The position numbers and the translations under genes were made by a program. Below the pieces are notes generated by a model, which was not told the DNA's origin, did no database searches, and saw nothing but the letters and a program-made list of their open reading frames with translations. This document shows, piece after piece, positions 35,083-43,210 of a DNA stretch of 47,534 bases. The stretch is from Fusobacteriota bacterium (GTDB taxonomy: Bacteria; Fusobacteriota; Fusobacteriia; JAPLKR01), in assembly GCA_026387965.1 (NCBI GenBank), contig JAPLKR010000025.1, positions 1 to 47,534 on the forward strand. Direction: 5' to 3'. Every line of letters starts with the position of its first letter. Position 1 is the first letter of the stretch.

Positions 35083-36160
35083 TTAGTAATTTAATTTAGC
35101 CAGTGCATCCACATTAATGGGGATATCATAGTCAATGTTTGAAAAACCAAATCCATTAAGTTCTAAGAACTCTTGCATAAACCCTTCGATATCTGAACAG
35201 CTATGTAGGTTTTCGTTTGATACTTTAGACATTAACGCTTCCACTTCTGCTTGCACAGCTGGAACCATCTCAAGATTATCCCCTCTTACTCGTCCTTTAG
35301 CATCTACCACACGCTTATCACCATACACCATATCTACAACCAATCTTTCGATTTGTCCGATACAATCTTCGTGAATTTTGTTCTCTTTCATTACTTTATA
35401 CAAAATACTGCAATAGATTGGGAATAGTGGAATATAAGCGCTTGCTTTTGTTACGAGCGCTTTACACACTGAAACAAAACCTTCTCCATCTACTTTTTTC
35501 ATTAAATCATTAATTTCAAATGCTTTTTTTTCTAAATCTCTTTTTGCTGCACCAATTGTTCCACCTTCATAGATTGGATACATAGCTTTTGGTCCTTCAT
35601 AAGAGTAAGCTGTTGTAATACACCCTTCAGCTAGAACACCTGCTTCTAGAAGCATTTTCATCCAAAGCTTCCAATCTTCTCCACCCATAACTTTTACAGT
35701 ATTGAAGATATCTTCCTCAGTGGCTTTTTCCATTTTTCCAGCAACGATTGTCCCAGTTGTAAGGTCGATAGTATTTGCTTCAATAGCGCCATCGATGCTT
35801 TTAAGAGCTGACATATATGTTTTTCCATCAATTGGGTCTGTTCTTCTACCTGAAGCAAGTGAATATACCACTAAATCCACTTTACCACCAAACACCTCTT
35901 TGATGTAGTCAATAACAGCTTTTTTCATTTCCATTCCAAAAGCATCCCCTACGAAGTTTTTAGCCAGTAATCCTTTTTTTTCTGCAAACTCTTTTACCCA
36001 AATGTTATTCCACCATCCAGCCGTTCCAACTCTTTTATCAGAAACACCTAGTTCAAAAGAGATTCCAATCGTATCCGCTCCACATCCAAATGCTGAAACA
36101 ATACGCGTTGCGGTTTTTTGATACTGCACCTTTAAATTCTGGTTTAATAATCATTTCCAT
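35083..36160 (-). pseudogene. trans-2-enoyl-CoA reductase (Ter/FabV family), apparently disrupted
   Basis: The long frame (GTG 36129) matches Ter/FabV from ..RIVSAFGCGADTIGISFE.. through VMGGEDW, YSYEGP, KALVTKASAYIP to the C-terminus. The SD-preceded ATG at 36160 encodes MEMIIKPEFKG (FabV-like N-terminus) in a different frame and stops after 35 codons. The frames meet at an A6 run (36113-36118). Confidence 0.7.
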
Positions 36161-36161
36161 T

Positions 36162-36533
36162 TTACAAAATCTCCTGATTTTCTGATTTGGGGGGTATTCC
36201 TGTTGCTAGCCCTCTCGCTAATACTGCATTGTTTTGATTCTTGCACTCAATTTTAATTTTAGCGAGTTTAAATACTCTTTTTTCTTGAATTTCTGCGATT
36301 TCAACCCTTAACGTCAATACATCATTTACGTGAACTTGAGAAAAATACTCTGTTTCTTGTTCTCTGTATATTGCACCATCACCGAGTAACTTTCCAATTG
36401 CTGATGAGACCATCCCTTGCACAAAAAATGCGGTTATTACGCTTGGAATCGCTTCATTTTCGATATTTAATAGAGTTTTAACTTGATTTATATCGCTTGC
36501 TTTGATTTCTAATTCTAACATAAAATTATTCAT
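36162..36533 (-). CDS. MaoC-like hot-dog protein 4 (hydratase motif absent)
   Basis: 123 aa. No D-x-N-P-x-H motif. C-terminal half is paralogous to protein 2 (KIKIECKNQNNAVLARGLATGIPP versus KIKIECYNQDEELVATGTATVIPP). Confidence 0.65.
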   Translation of the reverse strand: MNNFMLELEIKASDINQVKTLLNIENEAIPSVITAFFVQGMVSSAIGKLLGDGAIYREQETEYFSQVHVNDVLTLRVEIAEIQEKRVFKLAKIKIECKNQNNAVLARGLATGIPPKSENQEIL

Positions 36534-36546
36534 ACATTCTCCTAAA

Positions 36547-36942
36547 CTATGTCAATTTTGATAAAATTTCAACATCACATTTCCAAATCATAAGTTGCTG
36601 ACCCGATGCATTGAAACATCTACCAATAAAGTTTATATTATTTCCCTCGAATGCTAAAACTTCAATTTTTGAAGTAAATTTTTCATTCATTTTTAGAGGT
36701 ACTTTGAAAATTGTTGACTCTTTACATAGTTTAAAATTTTGCTTAATAATTCTTTGAAGATCACTGGTTATAGTTGCCACAATAAGCATACCATGAACTA
36801 TTTTATCCTCTATCTTGTCACCTTTACTTGCATCTACAAGATGAATAGAATTAAAATCTGTACTCAATTTTGCATATGTTTCCACATCACTTTGACTAAT
36901 CATATGTTCGAATTCAAAAATTTTTCCTACCTTCATTTTCAC
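36547..36942 (-). CDS. MaoC-like hot-dog protein 3 (Asp/His of hydratase motif retained)
   Basis: 131 aa. YAKLSTDFNSIHL with downstream VHGML. Confidence 0.65.
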   Translation of the reverse strand: MKMKVGKIFEFEHMISQSDVETYAKLSTDFNSIHLVDASKGDKIEDKIVHGMLIVATITSDLQRIIKQNFKLCKESTIFKVPLKMNEKFTSKIEVLAFEGNNINFIGRCFNASGQQLMIWKCDVEILSKLT

Positions 36943-36947
36943 CTCAC

Positions 36948-37364
36948 TTATTCAATGGTTGGGGGTATCACAGTAGCTGTTCCTGTAGCCACCAACTCTT
37001 CATCTTGATTATAACATTCTATTTTGATTTTTGAAATAATAAAATTCTTTTTCTCAATAATTTTTTCAACGATGGCTTTCACAATAACCGTATCATTTGC
37101 AAAAACATTCTTTAAAAATTGTGTCTCTTGCTCAAGATAAATTGATCCAAAACCCGGCATTTTTGCGCCTAGCGTTGCAGAAATAAGCCCCTGAATATAA
37201 ATATTTTGAACAAGTTTTTTTGTAAAACCAGCTTCTTTCCAGTAGAGTTCATTGGTACATAGAGGGTTTCTATCTCCTGTAATACTTTCAAAATTATACA
37301 CATCACCATCCGTTATTGTTCTAATATAGTAAGCGGTTTGTCCAATTTTAAGATTAGTTTTCAT
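36948..37364 (-). CDS. MaoC-like hot-dog protein 2 (catalytic His replaced by Cys)
   Basis: 138 aa. FESITGDRNPLCTN where canonical enzymes have ..NP[LIV]H. Overlaps protein 1 by 11 nt. AGGAG RBS. Confidence 0.65.
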   Translation of the reverse strand: MKTNLKIGQTAYYIRTITDGDVYNFESITGDRNPLCTNELYWKEAGFTKKLVQNIYIQGLISATLGAKMPGFGSIYLEQETQFLKNVFANDTVIVKAIVEKIIEKKNFIISKIKIECYNQDEELVATGTATVIPPTIE

Positions 37365-37818
37365 ACAATGCTCCTTCGCCTACTAAATTTGGTATCAGCG
37401 TTTCAACGCTCCCCTCTGTAACAATCACACCCTCTTGATTAACACATGTGGTGTTTAACGTTATTTTAAGTCCCTCTATTTTAATAATTTCAAGATTAAC
37501 TGTAATACTATCTCCTACAAATACAGGCTTTTTAAATTGTATATGTTGTTTTGTCACAATGGTTCCAAGCCCAGGAAGTTTTTGAGTAATAGCCCCTGAA
37601 ATATACCCTGCACAAATCATCCCATGCATAACACGATGCTTAAACATCCCATCCTTTGAATGCTCTTCATCAATATGTGCTGGATTAAAATCACCCGTAA
37701 TTCCAGCAAATAAATATATGTCAAATGTTTCTACTGTTTTAGTAAACATTCCTTTATCTCCAACCTTTAACTCTTTTGGTACGCTATCTCTAAGTATCTG
37801 TCTAATATCAAACATCAT
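37354..37818 (-). CDS. MaoC-like (R)-specific enoyl-CoA hydratase 1 (canonical motif)
   Basis: 154 aa. FAGITGDFNPAHIDEEHS plus VMHGM, a full hydratase-2 motif. Confidence 0.75.
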   Translation of the reverse strand: MMFDIRQILRDSVPKELKVGDKGMFTKTVETFDIYLFAGITGDFNPAHIDEEHSKDGMFKHRVMHGMICAGYISGAITQKLPGLGTIVTKQHIQFKKPVFVGDSITVNLEIIKIEGLKITLNTTCVNQEGVIVTEGSVETLIPNLVGEGALYEN

Positions 37819-37827
37819 ATTTCCCCC

Positions 37828-38613
37828 TTATCTCATGTTCCAACCGTGCGATACGATTAAATCTTGTCCTGAATAAGCATTAGATTTTGCGCTAGCAAAA
37901 AACAAAACTGCCTCCGCTACTTCTTCAACTGTTGTAAATTCTCCATCGATGGTGTTTTGAGTCATAGATCTAAGAACTTCCGCTTCTGATATATTCTCAA
38001 GCTTAGCTCTCTCAGGAATTTGTTTTTCGACAAGTGGTGTTAATACAAATCCTGGTGCTACTAGATTACATGAAATATTATGAGGACCGCCTTCAATAGC
38101 TATCGTTCTTGTTAGCCCAACCACTGCATGTTTTCCTGCAACATAAGCTGCTTTATCTGTTGAAGCCAGAAATGAGTGAACTGATCCAATATTTACAACC
38201 CGCCCAAAACTATTTTTTTTCATGATTTTAAAACATTCACGTGACATATAAAAACTACCATGTAAATTGATATTTAAAAGTGAATGCCACTTTTCGGAAG
38301 TAAAATCTTCAAACTTCTCAATAATTTGAATACCTGCATTATTTACTAAAATATCTATTTGTCCATGTTCTTTTTCCATTTGAGTGATAAACGCAATAAC
38401 CTCTTGCTCGTTTGAAATGTCAAGTTTGTGTCCAATAACTTCTACACCACACTCAAGAGAGATATCCTTAGCGGCTTGTACGCATATTTCCTCTGTTGGC
38501 AGACCAACCACTATTACTTTACCTCCTGCATTAGCAAGTGCAACGGCAATTCCTTTACCAATTCCTGAAGTTCCACCTGTTACAATTGCAACTTTTCCTG
38601 TTACTGTCATCAT
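37828..38613 (-). CDS. SDR, 3-hydroxybutyrate dehydrogenase-like
   Basis: GKVAIVTGGTSGIGKG, NNAGIQ, S..x..AYVAGKHAVVGLTR, PGFVLTPLVEKQI, C-terminal HGWNMR. These parallel D-beta-hydroxybutyrate dehydrogenases as recalled. ATG 38613 (AAGGAG 10 nt upstream) is preferred over 38640. Confidence 0.72.
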   Translation of the reverse strand: MMTVTGKVAIVTGGTSGIGKGIAVALANAGGKVIVVGLPTEEICVQAAKDISLECGVEVIGHKLDISNEQEVIAFITQMEKEHGQIDILVNNAGIQIIEKFEDFTSEKWHSLLNINLHGSFYMSRECFKIMKKNSFGRVVNIGSVHSFLASTDKAAYVAGKHAVVGLTRTIAIEGGPHNISCNLVAPGFVLTPLVEKQIPERAKLENISEAEVLRSMTQNTIDGEFTTVEEVAEAVLFFASAKSNAYSGQDLIVSHGWNMR

Positions 38614-38636
38614 TTTGCATGCTCTCCTTAACTTTT

Positions 38637-40208
38637 TCATAGGGTAAGTCCCATTTTTTCTATCTTAAACAATCTAGAATCCATAAGTTTTAGCTCTTTA
38701 GAAATATTGGGTTTAAAACTCATATGTGCTAAAATATCACGTTCTAAATCTACGCCTGGAGCTATTTCTATAAGCGTAAATCCTTCGTTCGTAATTTTAA
38801 AAACCGCTCTCTCCGTAACGTAGTGAACAATTTGTCCTTTTTCTCTCGCATATTCACCACTAAAAGTAATCTGCTCTACAAAATCAATAAGCTTCGGAAC
38901 ATTTCCATCCTTAATTATCTTAAACGCACCATTACCTGTTTCAAACTGCATCTTTCCAGCCATAAATGTTCCACAAAATACTACATTGTGCGTATTTTGT
39001 GAAATATCAATAAATCCACCGCATCCTGCAATTTTCGGTCCAAATTTAGATACATTTACATTTCCAAAGATATCACACTCTGCCATACCTAGAAAAGTAA
39101 TATCAAGTCCACCACCATCATAAAAATCAAACTGGTATGCATGGTCTAAAATGGCTTGTGGTGCACGTAGTGCTCCAAAACTCAACCCCCCGGCCGCGAT
39201 TCCACCTATTCCACCTGGCTCAACCGTTGGCGTGAAATTATCCGATATCCCCTCTTCTTCAATAACTTGCGCCACAACTTCTGGGAGGCCTATTCCAAAG
39301 TTTAATACTTTCATCTCTTTTTGTAAAAACATCGCAGCACGTCTTGCAATAATTTTTCTTTCATTTAGAGGATAAGGAAAAAAATCATCTTTTTCAATAG
39401 GCTTTGAACTAATATATTCTGGATTAAAATCCTCTGCAAATGTTTGCATGTGATTCTTCATATCTTCTACTTCTACAACAAAATCAACGCATATCGATGG
39501 GATAACAACACTTTTTGGATCGAGTGTTCCATTAGGAACAATTTTCTCAACTTGTACAATCACTTTCCCTCCTGAATTTCTTGCAGCCATCGCCATAGGA
39601 AGATTTTCTATTTTTAACGCTTCTTTTTCCATACTGATATTTCCATATTCATCTGCATAAGTCCCTCGAAGTATCACAAAATCAAATCGCCCCGTTTTAT
39701 AAAGAAGAAAGTCCTGTCCATCTATTTGTGTTTTTTTCACTAAATCTTGTTGAGTTTTCGAATTAAGTTTCCCCCCTTCTAGATCTGGATCTACAAACGT
39801 GTGCATCCCTACTTTACTAATAGCGTAGCCCTTTTTTCCCGCAATAGTTCTAAGAAGTTGATTAAGTATCCCTTGTGGAAAATTGTATGCTTCAATTTTA
39901 TTTTCTGCAACCAATGCTTGAAGCCTTGGCGAAAGGCCATAATGTGCGCCAATTGTTCTTTTCAGTAACCCTTCATAGGCAAAACGTGAAAGTCCTTTTT
40001 CTGCACCATTCCCTTGCCCTGCAACAAAAAACAGGGATAAATCTCTGGGGCTCTTAGTTTCTAAAAACCGTTTTTCAATAGCTTTATAAATTTCTTCTGC
40101 AACCGCTATTCCCACGAACCCACCAATACCCACTCTAGCACCATCAAATATCATCTCTGCAGCTTCAACTGCTGTAATTTTTTTCACTAATATTATACTC
40201 CTATACAA
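38637..40208 (-). CDS. family I acyl-CoA:acetate/3-ketoacid CoA-transferase (fused alpha-beta, YdiF type)
   Basis: 523 aa. Catalytic-Glu block TVEPGGIGG and C-terminus EIAPGVDLERDILAHMSFKPNISKELKLMDSRLF match E. coli YdiF as recalled. The start is TTG 40208 or GTG 40187. Confidence 0.8.
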   Translation of the reverse strand: MYRSIILVKKITAVEAAEMIFDGARVGIGGFVGIAVAEEIYKAIEKRFLETKSPRDLSLFFVAGQGNGAEKGLSRFAYEGLLKRTIGAHYGLSPRLQALVAENKIEAYNFPQGILNQLLRTIAGKKGYAISKVGMHTFVDPDLEGGKLNSKTQQDLVKKTQIDGQDFLLYKTGRFDFVILRGTYADEYGNISMEKEALKIENLPMAMAARNSGGKVIVQVEKIVPNGTLDPKSVVIPSICVDFVVEVEDMKNHMQTFAEDFNPEYISSKPIEKDDFFPYPLNERKIIARRAAMFLQKEMKVLNFGIGLPEVVAQVIEEEGISDNFTPTVEPGGIGGIAAGGLSFGALRAPQAILDHAYQFDFYDGGGLDITFLGMAECDIFGNVNVSKFGPKIAGCGGFIDISQNTHNVVFCGTFMAGKMQFETGNGAFKIIKDGNVPKLIDFVEQITFSGEYAREKGQIVHYVTERAVFKITNEGFTLIEIAPGVDLERDILAHMSFKPNISKELKLMDSRLFKIEKMGLTL

Positions 40209-40267
40209 AATGAGACATGATTCATTTTACAATATTCGTGTGAAGTTTGTGCGATATAAACTATGTG

Positions 40268-41392
40268 TTACAATTTGTTTTTTGTCCCACTTTCTAAAAA
40301 CTTTAAAACTTTTTTATACAGTGTGTCAGAATTTTTTATCAACTTCGTATAGAACATATCAATCCCAGCATAATGACTGATTCCAACCATAATGCAAGAT
40401 ATTAATAGCTTCTCTTCGATACTGTAAGATGTAGTCTCAAGCACCCTCATAAAGAGCCTTTTTATCCTATCATATCTTTCACTAAAAGTTTTGAAATGAA
40501 ATTCTGCATCCCTAATAATTCTATATTGTTCCGGGGTGATCGAAAAATAAGACTGTATCAAATACAACATTTTCAGTGTATTGGTAAATTTATCTTCATA
40601 TTTGAACGTATTCTCATATACAATTTCTTCAATTTGAGAATCAAATAATTCTAAAATAACTTTCAGAACTTCCTCTTTATTTTGAAAACAGTGATAAAAT
40701 GACCCTGTACTATACCCAAGTTCTTTCATAATCACTTCGATTTTAACATTAAAATATCCCATTTTTCCAAAAAGTTCTGTGGCCTTTCTCACTATTTGCA
40801 TTTTTTTTGAAAGTGTTAAGGGAGTTTTTAGAAAACAGTCACTGGCTTCAATAATTTTATTTAAATCACATTGGCTTTTTTCATTAAATCCTTCAAGAAT
40901 AAACCGTACCAAGAACTCACAATCTAGTTTTTCATTTAATCTAAAATATGCAATAGAGGTATAACGAATAGCTGCCATAACAATAACATATTGGTACTCT
41001 GAAATTTCGCATTTATATACTTTTTTCAAAGTTTTAATATAAATATCACGAATAGCCAGTTCATATTCAATAAATGTATACTGGGCTTCTCTAAATAATC
41101 GTACCAAATTGTATTCGTTTTCAATAACTTCATAATTTAATTCTATAAATTTTTTCAACCGATGTTCAACATTAGCACCATCTATAACTTCAAATTTTAT
41201 TTTATGTTTATCAAGAAGACTGTTTACCAGAGCTGAAAAAATATCCCGCTTACTTGAAAAATAGTTATAAAATACACCATTTGATACTTTTGCATGTGAT
41301 GTGATTTGTAAGACCGAAACTTCATCATATGGTAGAGTTGAAAAAATTTCAATTGCTGATCTTATCAGTTTATTTTCAATATTATCTTTCAT
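40268..41392 (-). CDS. TetR-family regulator with two tandem TetR modules
   Basis: 374 aa. HTH 1 at ~9-55 (IRSAIEIFSTLPYDEVSVLQITSHAKVSNGVFYNYFSSKRDIF). HTH 2 at ~198-245 (IVRKATELFGKMGYFNVKIEVIMKELGYSTGSFYHCFQNKEEVL). Confidence 0.8.
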   Translation of the reverse strand: MKDNIENKLIRSAIEIFSTLPYDEVSVLQITSHAKVSNGVFYNYFSSKRDIFSALVNSLLDKHKIKFEVIDGANVEHRLKKFIELNYEVIENEYNLVRLFREAQYTFIEYELAIRDIYIKTLKKVYKCEISEYQYVIVMAAIRYTSIAYFRLNEKLDCEFLVRFILEGFNEKSQCDLNKIIEASDCFLKTPLTLSKKMQIVRKATELFGKMGYFNVKIEVIMKELGYSTGSFYHCFQNKEEVLKVILELFDSQIEEIVYENTFKYEDKFTNTLKMLYLIQSYFSITPEQYRIIRDAEFHFKTFSERYDRIKRLFMRVLETTSYSIEEKLLISCIMVGISHYAGIDMFYTKLIKNSDTLYKKVLKFLESGTKNKL

Positions 41393-41412
41393 TTGCCTTC
41401 CTTTCTAACGCA

Positions 41413-41441
41413 ATGATACAATTCATCACCTTAATTGTCAA
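41413..41441 (-). promoter_or_regulatory. sigma70-type promoter TTGACA-17-TATCAT with embedded ACAATT-N9-AATTGT dyad
   Basis: Minus-strand reading gTTGACAattaaggtgatgaattgTATCAT, then AGGAAGG and the ATG of the TetR gene. Confidence 0.55.
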
Positions 41442-41443
41442 CT

Positions 41444-41472
41444 AAAAAATCTAGTGTCTCCACTAGATTTTT
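41444..41472 (-). terminator. rho-independent terminator after the FAD-oxidoreductase gene
   Basis: AAAAATCTAGTG gaga CACTAGATTTTTT on the minus strand. The stop codon lies inside the stem. Confidence 0.7.
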
Positions 41473-42848
41473 GATTTTAAATAATATTTTGCTATTTCTT
41501 TTGGATAACCTCTTCTAACGGCAATAGCTTCTGCAACTTCTTCTATTTTGCTGGATTCTGTTTTTAATGGAACTATTTCTATAGTTTCTCCCAATATTTT
41601 TTCTATAATTTTTCTTGCAATATTAATAATTGAGGAGTATTTGACTAGCTCAATACGAATATAGTTTTCAGAAAAATCCACGCCCCCTGTACGCTTAGAA
41701 ATTTCACCTTTAGAAATTTTTTGAATACCAAAAAATGGCTTATATACCACATTACCTATGTCAAAAATTTTAATATATTTACCAATTTTTGAAACGGCAC
41801 TATAAGTTCTTCTTTCTAGTTCTTCTTTACTAAACCCTTGTATCAAAATATTTTCAACTACGCTATTTAAACTTAGTTTTTCATCACTACATGAGTGGCT
41901 TATCCCATTTTCAAAAAGAGTGGATTCGTGCGTCATTGAGTGAAGCTGAAAATAATTACCACATTGTGGTGTCAATTGCCCCATTCCTTTTGTCGTGCCT
42001 CGAATGCCGTGAAAAATTATTTCAGGTATCGTTTTTAATTGCGTACAGTTAACCAGATAGGCTGCTTTAAACTCAACCATCTCCTCTTCATAAATACCTA
42101 ATAATTTATCAACGGCACCACTTTGATATCCTGCAGCATTTACTACGAAGTCTACTTGAATAAAATGCTCACATTCTTCACACTTTAAAAGTAACTCTAA
42201 CGTCTCTTCTTTCATACAAATACCTAATACCTGACTATTTAAATGTACTTTTACAGAACTATTTTTCAATTCTTCTTCGATTAGTGCTGCAATGCGAAAG
42301 AGTGCGATTCCAGGTTCATTGATCATCATGATTGGAAATTTCAGTGTATCTAGTACAAGCTTTTCAACAACATTTCCTAACCAATCACTATGAGTTATTG
42401 GCTCTTCTACATAAGGTTTATCAAGCAGCTTTGCTACATCATCTTCATAATAAAGTGTATAGTAGTTATCGGGGAGGCCTAAAACTTCATTTCTTAGGTC
42501 TTGTGAAATAAGTTCAAAGTAATATTTTTTTAGCTCTTGCGCCTTATCTATAAGCTCTTCTAATTCGAATGGAATATCTTTTGGAACACACAAAAGTGTC
42601 GGCCTATGATTGATTCCAAGAGGATATCTTCTTGCAAATTCTATTGATTCACGTAGTAATTCTTTCGCATCCTCTACTGGTATTTCTGGATATAAATTAC
42701 CCCCTGCATGTAAATGACATGCAGGAGGGCCATTAACGACTTCATTCCCTTTTTCAATCAAATGAACTTTCATCCCATATTTTTCAAGTTCGAGAGCAAC
42801 AGTAGTTCCTGAAATTCCTGCTCCAATCACCGCAACCGTCTTACTCAC
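41463..42848 (-). CDS. FAD-dependent oxidoreductase (DAO-like), substrate unknown
   Basis: GTG 42848 lies 6 nt after GGAGG and gives VSKTVAVIGAGISGTTVALEL..VHLIEK (GxGxxG plus acidic end of beta2). 461 aa. The annotated longer ORF (to 42920) overlaps the upstream gene by 80 nt. Confidence 0.65.
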   Translation of the reverse strand: MSKTVAVIGAGISGTTVALELEKYGMKVHLIEKGNEVVNGPPACHLHAGGNLYPEIPVEDAKELLRESIEFARRYPLGINHRPTLLCVPKDIPFELEELIDKAQELKKYYFELISQDLRNEVLGLPDNYYTLYYEDDVAKLLDKPYVEEPITHSDWLGNVVEKLVLDTLKFPIMMINEPGIALFRIAALIEEELKNSSVKVHLNSQVLGICMKEETLELLLKCEECEHFIQVDFVVNAAGYQSGAVDKLLGIYEEEMVEFKAAYLVNCTQLKTIPEIIFHGIRGTTKGMGQLTPQCGNYFQLHSMTHESTLFENGISHSCSDEKLSLNSVVENILIQGFSKEELERRTYSAVSKIGKYIKIFDIGNVVYKPFFGIQKISKGEISKRTGGVDFSENYIRIELVKYSSIINIARKIIEKILGETIEIVPLKTESSKIEEVAEAIAVRRGYPKEIAKYYLKSKI

Positions 42849-43185
42849 TTTTGTCCTCCGTAATGACTGAATTTTGAAGCCCTGGACACTCTTCATGTTG
42901 CCATTCCCAAGGGAAATCACTACACTGTTTAGGTCTTACAGCATAAATTTGACACTTTTTTGACTCTACATCGTAATAGATGCACGTTCCATTTTCAGGT
43001 TCAGTTAAAGCTAATCCTTTTCGACTTGGGGCAAGAGTGGTGAAATTTTCAATATAATTCGCTTCACTCATTTTTAAAAAACTTGAAATGGCCTTAATAT
43101 CTTTTCTAGTGATAAAAACAAACCCCTTCCATTCACAACACTTTCCGCATAAAGTGCAACTGAATTTCTCGAAATCGTATCTCAT
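42841..43185 (-). CDS. YkgJ/UPF0153-family Cys-cluster (zinc/iron-chelating) protein
   Basis: CTLCGKCCE N-terminal motif and C-terminal CxxF..ECP-type cysteines. 114 aa. Confidence 0.6.
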   Translation of the reverse strand: MRYDFEKFSCTLCGKCCEWKGFVFITRKDIKAISSFLKMSEANYIENFTTLAPSRKGLALTEPENGTCIYYDVESKKCQIYAVRPKQCSDFPWEWQHEECPGLQNSVITEDKSE

Positions 43186-43210
43186 TATCGCTCCCTTTTA
43201 AGCATTATTT

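Noticed and set aside
42849-42920. Upstream 24-codon extension of the FAD-oxidoreductase ORF
   Set aside because: It would overlap the YkgJ-like gene by 80 nt. The GTG at 42848 has a GGAGG RBS at ideal spacing and places the GxGxxG fold at the N-terminus as expected.
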